Assembly: GCF_902713615.1 (NCBI RefSeq)
Contig: NC_052149.1
Location: 152,745,383-152,809,382, forward strand
DNA: 64,000 bases
Reading direction: 5' to 3'
Origin: Scyliorhinus canicula
Lineage: Eukaryota
Part shown: positions 59,895 through 64,000 of the stretch, one piece after another
Numbering within the stretch: position 1 is the first letter of the stretch
Layout of the letters: each line of letters starts with the position of its first letter
Program-made: the position numbers and the translations under genes
Notes under the pieces: generated by a model
Database searches by the model: none
The model's input: only the letters and a program-made list of their open reading frames with translations
Told to the model about the DNA's origin: nothing

Positions 59895-60722
59895 GGATTG
59901 GATTGGATTGGATTGGATTGGTTTATTGTCACGTGTACCGAGGTACAGTGAAAAGTATTTTTCTGCGAGCAGTTCAACAGATCATTAAGTACATGAAAAG
60001 GAAAGGAAATAAAATAAAATATATAATAGGGGAACAGAAGGTACACAATGTAACTACATAATCACCAGCATCGGGTGAAGCATACAGGAATGTAGTATTA
60101 ATGAGGTCAGTCCAAAACAGGGTCGTTTAGGAGGCTGGTAACAGCGGGGAAGAAGCTGTTTTTGAGTCTGTTCGTGTGCGCTCAGACTTCTGTATCTCCT
60201 GCCAGATGGAAGAAGTTGGGAGAGTGAGTAAGCCAGGTGGGACAGGTCTTTGATTATGCTGCCCACTTTCCCCAGGCAGCGGGAGGTGTAGATGGAGACA
60301 ATGGATGGGAGGCAGTTTCGTGTGATGGACTGGGCTGCATTCACGACTCTCCTGGGCCGAGCAGTTGCCATACCAGACTGTGATGCAGCCAGATAAGATG
60401 CGTTCTATGGTGCATCTGTAAAAGTTGGTAAGAGTTATGTGGGCATGCCGAATTTCCTTAGTTTCCTGAGGAAGTATAGGCGCTGTTGTGCTTTCTTGGT
60501 GGTAGCATCGACGTGGGTGGACAAGGACAGATTTTTGGAGATGCGCACCCCTAGGAATTTGAAACTGCTAACCATCTCCACCTCAGCCCCGATGATGCTG
60601 ACAGGGACGTGTACAGTACTTTGCTGCCTGAAGTCAATGACCAGCTCTTTAGTTTTGCTGGCATTGAGGAATAGATTGTTGTCGCTGCACCACGCCACTA
60701 GGTTCTCTATCTCCCTCTGGAA
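59895..60722 (-). mobile_element. Rex1/Babar-like LINE 3' fragment with a (CCAAT)n tail
   Basis: LNASKTKELVIDFR and KKAQQRLYFLRKLRKF. (GGATT)n on the + strand at 59895-59920. Confidence 0.8.
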
Positions 60723-61802
60723 CGTCAACATCGAGAGTTTCAGAGGGAGCGAGGCTCTGGTTCATATTTACAATGAGCTGGCTGATTCAAGCATGGGCTG
60801 GTGAGGATGTATCAGCAGATTGATTCTCCTTAACAGAGAGGAGAAAGGTAACGTGCCGCACTTGAGGTAAGTAGTTGAGGTGCTTTCGAAAGGAAAGGAG
60901 AAAAAAAGGAATAAAAAGCTATCCTGAAAAGTTGATATGAGGTAGCTAGATTGAGAGATTTGTGTAAAGCACCGACTAGCTGGGCTCAAATACCTGTTTC
61001 TGTGCTGCATATGCTCAGAAAATCAAGGCAAAAATCCAAACTTATCTCGGTTCTTAACCCATCAATACCAGAGTATATTCTTCACAATAATGTTGAGGAA
61101 GTGACCAATAACAATGGGTGTAAGAAATCAGCATACCTTCCTAGAATTATAACGGAACTGAGTGGTAAAAGCTGTGCCTTTGCAAGAAAGATAAAAATCT
61201 CTCCCATCCTTTACTGTTCCCTCAAATAGATTTTGTGTAAATAAAAGAAAAGTCTTTAGAAGTAAGCCCTGGAAAGAATAATTAGTACTGAGATTTTAAA
61301 ATATCCCCAAGTGCTGGAATGCTAAAAGAACAGCAGAGAATGCTGAAAACACACAGCAGGTCTGTCAGCGTGCTGAGATAAGTCAAAGAATTGCTGAGTC
61401 ATTGGCAAGCTGATACACTTCTCTATTTCAGAATGCTGACTGGCCTACTGCTTTTTCTGATTAATATACTGTCTGAATGGTTGAAAAATATGAATTCCAT
61501 TTATTTTATGACTGAAACTACTTTAAAAGGCAAGATCAATAAACTATTGGCAACAACAGAAGCATAATGGGGACTGTCACATTTCTAGGTTCGACGTGAA
61601 CTACTATCTGAATGTTAGCATCACTGTAAGGCATCCTTATGTTCCCCACGATCTGGCTTGCATCTCTCCTTGCCCAACGTCTAAGGAAGTAATAGACACC
61701 CAGGAATCATAACAGAGAATCTTATGCTGTACACTGACTAATAGAAGGTTTCAGATATTACCCCACCCCCTATTGTCCCCCTTTTCCAAATACAGAGTGA
61801 AT

Positions 61803-62147
61803 ATAGAACATAGAACATAGAACAGTACAGCACAGAACAGGCCCTTCGGCCCTCGATGTTGTGCCGAGCAATGATCACCCTACTCAACCCCACGTATCCA
61901 CCCTACACCCGTAACCCAACAACCCCCCCCCCCTTAACCTTACTTTTAAGGACACTATGGGCAATTTAGCATGGCCAATCCACCTAACCCGCACATCTTT
62001 GGACTGTGGGAGGAAACCGGAGCAAACCCACGCACACACGGGGAGGACGTGCAGACTCCGCACAGACAGTGACCCAGCCGGGAACCGAACCTGGGACCCT
62101 GGAGCTGTGAAGCATTTATGCTAACCACCATGCTACCGTGCTGCCCC
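61803..62147 (-). mobile_element. HE1-like V-SINE with a CR1-type tail
   Basis: Near-identical to 7008-7330. Confidence 0.88.
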
Positions 62148-62564
62148 CAATATATATTGTTAACTGACAACCCATTAGAAACTAAACCAACAAGCAATTT
62201 GATTTACAAGCATAACAAAGAAATGTTTTCCCTAACTACACTCAGAATCATAGAATCATACAGCCCACAGTGTGTCCGCTCTGCTCCCTCCCCCATACAA
62301 CTGAAAATTCTTTGTTTCAATTGTACACCCTTTTGCCAGTTATTTTTGAACGTAAATCCATCACCCTTTCAAACATTGCATTCCAGATCATAACCACTCA
62401 TTGCACAAAATAAAATTCTCCTCGTGCTCCCAAATATCTTGAACCACTGGTTTCTGACCCTCCAGCCAGTGGAAATAGTATCTTACGCTCTGCTCTATCA
62501 AAATCCTCAATAAAGATGAATTTGTCTCTCTCTAAGTGCCAAAGAGAAAAAAAGACTAGCATTG

Positions 62565-62950
62565 AAACAGCACCTTTCATCTCAACGTGCTTTACAGTAA
62601 CTTAAGTACTTTTGAAAGTAGCCACTTGTAATGTAGAAAATATGGCAACCACTGCACCTAAACAAACAGCAAGGGGATAATCTGCTATTTTTGTGATGTT
62701 TATTAAGGGGTAAATATTGACCATGGAGCAAGGGATAACCCCCCAGTTCTTCTTCAAAATGATGCCATGGAATCTTATATGTCAACCTGGGGGCGGAGGT
62801 AGGGCCTTGGTTTAACATCTCATCTGAAAGGTGACCCTTCTGACAGTGTAGCACTCCTCAATATTGCACTGGAGTGTCAACATAGATTTCAGTGCTCAAG
62901 TTCTGGGGCAAGACCATTATTCTGACACAGTATTCTGACTCAGAGGCAAG
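62565..62950 (-). mobile_element. Deu-domain SINE (SacSINE1/AmnSINE1-like)
   Basis: GCCATGGAATCTT...GGTTTAACATCTCATCTGAAAG...GACAGTGTAGCACTC matches the Deu core as I recall it. Confidence 0.6.
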
Positions 62951-63124
62951 CGTGCTAACAACTAAGTGATGACTGACACAGTTCCCCAGCTACTGATGCC
63001 AACAGTGAAGGATCCAAGGATCTGTATTTCAAGTGGATGTGAACTAATATCTGGACGATTCAGGGTGACAGTCATGATCTGAAAGTACAATTCTTGTCCA
63101 TGTTAACAGGTTTGTTCCGATGGA

Positions 63125-63982
63125 TTCTGGTCTGATATTCAGGCTCAAAGTCCCCCTGAAATTAGAGCATAAGTTAAGAAGATAAGAAAGAGGAGCATGT
63201 GTCGGCCATATGGCCCTGGAACATTCAATAAGATTGTGGCCGATCTGATCTTGGCCTCAACTCCTCTTTCCAGTCTGTTCCCATGTAGTTCAACAATCTG
63301 TCTATCTCCGTCTGGAATACCAGTCTCCACGACTTTCTAAGGTAGATAATTTGAGAGTTTCACGACCCTCAGAGAAAAGAAACTCCTCCTCATCTCATCT
63401 TAAATGGGAAATCCCTGATTCTGAAACTATGCCTCATGGTTCTGGACTCCCCATCCCCATGAGGGGAAATATCCTCACAGCATCTAACCTGTCATCCTTC
63501 CCCCCCCCCCCCCCCCCCACCAAGAATCCCATATGCTTTAATAAGATCACCTCTCATTCTGCTAAACTCCAATGAATATAGGTCCTGCCTACTCACCCTT
63601 TCCTCGTAAGACAATCCTTTCATCCCAGGAATCAACCTTTTTTGAACTGCCTCCAATAAACCCCCCATTTAACGGGAGACCAAAACTGGGTGCAGTACTG
63701 AAAATGTGGTTACACCAATGTCCTGTATCCATCCCCTTTGCAATAAAGGACGGTATTCCATTTGCTTTGCTAATTACTTGCTGTATCTGCATGCTAACCG
63801 TTTGTGATTCATATACAGAGATACCCAGATCCCTCTGTACTGCAGCATTCTGCAATCTCTTACTATTTCTATAATATGCTGCTTTTCTATTCTTCCTGCC
63901 AGGACAACCTCATATTTTCTCACATTATATTCCATCTGCCAAATTTGTGTCCATTCACTTAACCTTGCCTTTGTAGACTCTT
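63125..63982 (-). mobile_element. Degraded CR1 fragment, followed by the start of a MITE TIR (GGCCGGGATTCTCCGAC) at 63984-64000
   Basis: KANGIPSFIAKGM and QRDLGISV motifs. Confidence 0.7.
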
Positions 63983-64000
63983 TGGCCGGGATTCTCCGAC

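Noticed and set aside
12313-64000. A tandem CYP26A1 or other host-gene exons downstream
   Set aside because: No P450 or other recognisable host-protein motifs were found. Short exons below the ORF-track threshold could have been missed.

Overview
Eukaryotic, very repeat-rich vertebrate DNA. The repeat set (HE1/V-type SINEs, Deu-domain SINEs, CR1, L1, Harbinger, Penelope-type termini) points to a cartilaginous fish, probably a shark (inference). The only host gene I can support is the 3' half of a + strand CYP26-family retinoic-acid hydroxylase (last three coding exons: 7991-8140, 8748-9029, 11956-12312). It is CYP26B-like but noticeably divergent. The rest is nested mobile DNA: three decayed Harbinger copies; three large L1 insertions (two with TSDs); CR1 and Rex1-type LINE fragments; three Gypsy elements; a near-intact 3.7-kb hAT transposon with TIRs and an 8-bp TSD; and a 209-bp Penelope-type insert forming a perfect 168-bp hairpin that carries a minimal hammerhead ribozyme. 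The most interesting item is an 8.8-kb retrovirus-like element on the - strand (about 20280-29084). It has an LTR, a tRNA-Arg(UCU)-like PBS, and a coiled-coil/CCHC gag joined in frame to pol through UGA-CGG. Its pol reads PR-RT-tether-RNase H-IN. At the env position it has a putative spliced ORF for a 117-aa single-pass membrane glycoprotein instead of a classical Env. No CRISPR arrays, rRNA or real tRNA genes were found. No database searches were run; family names come from recognised motifs.
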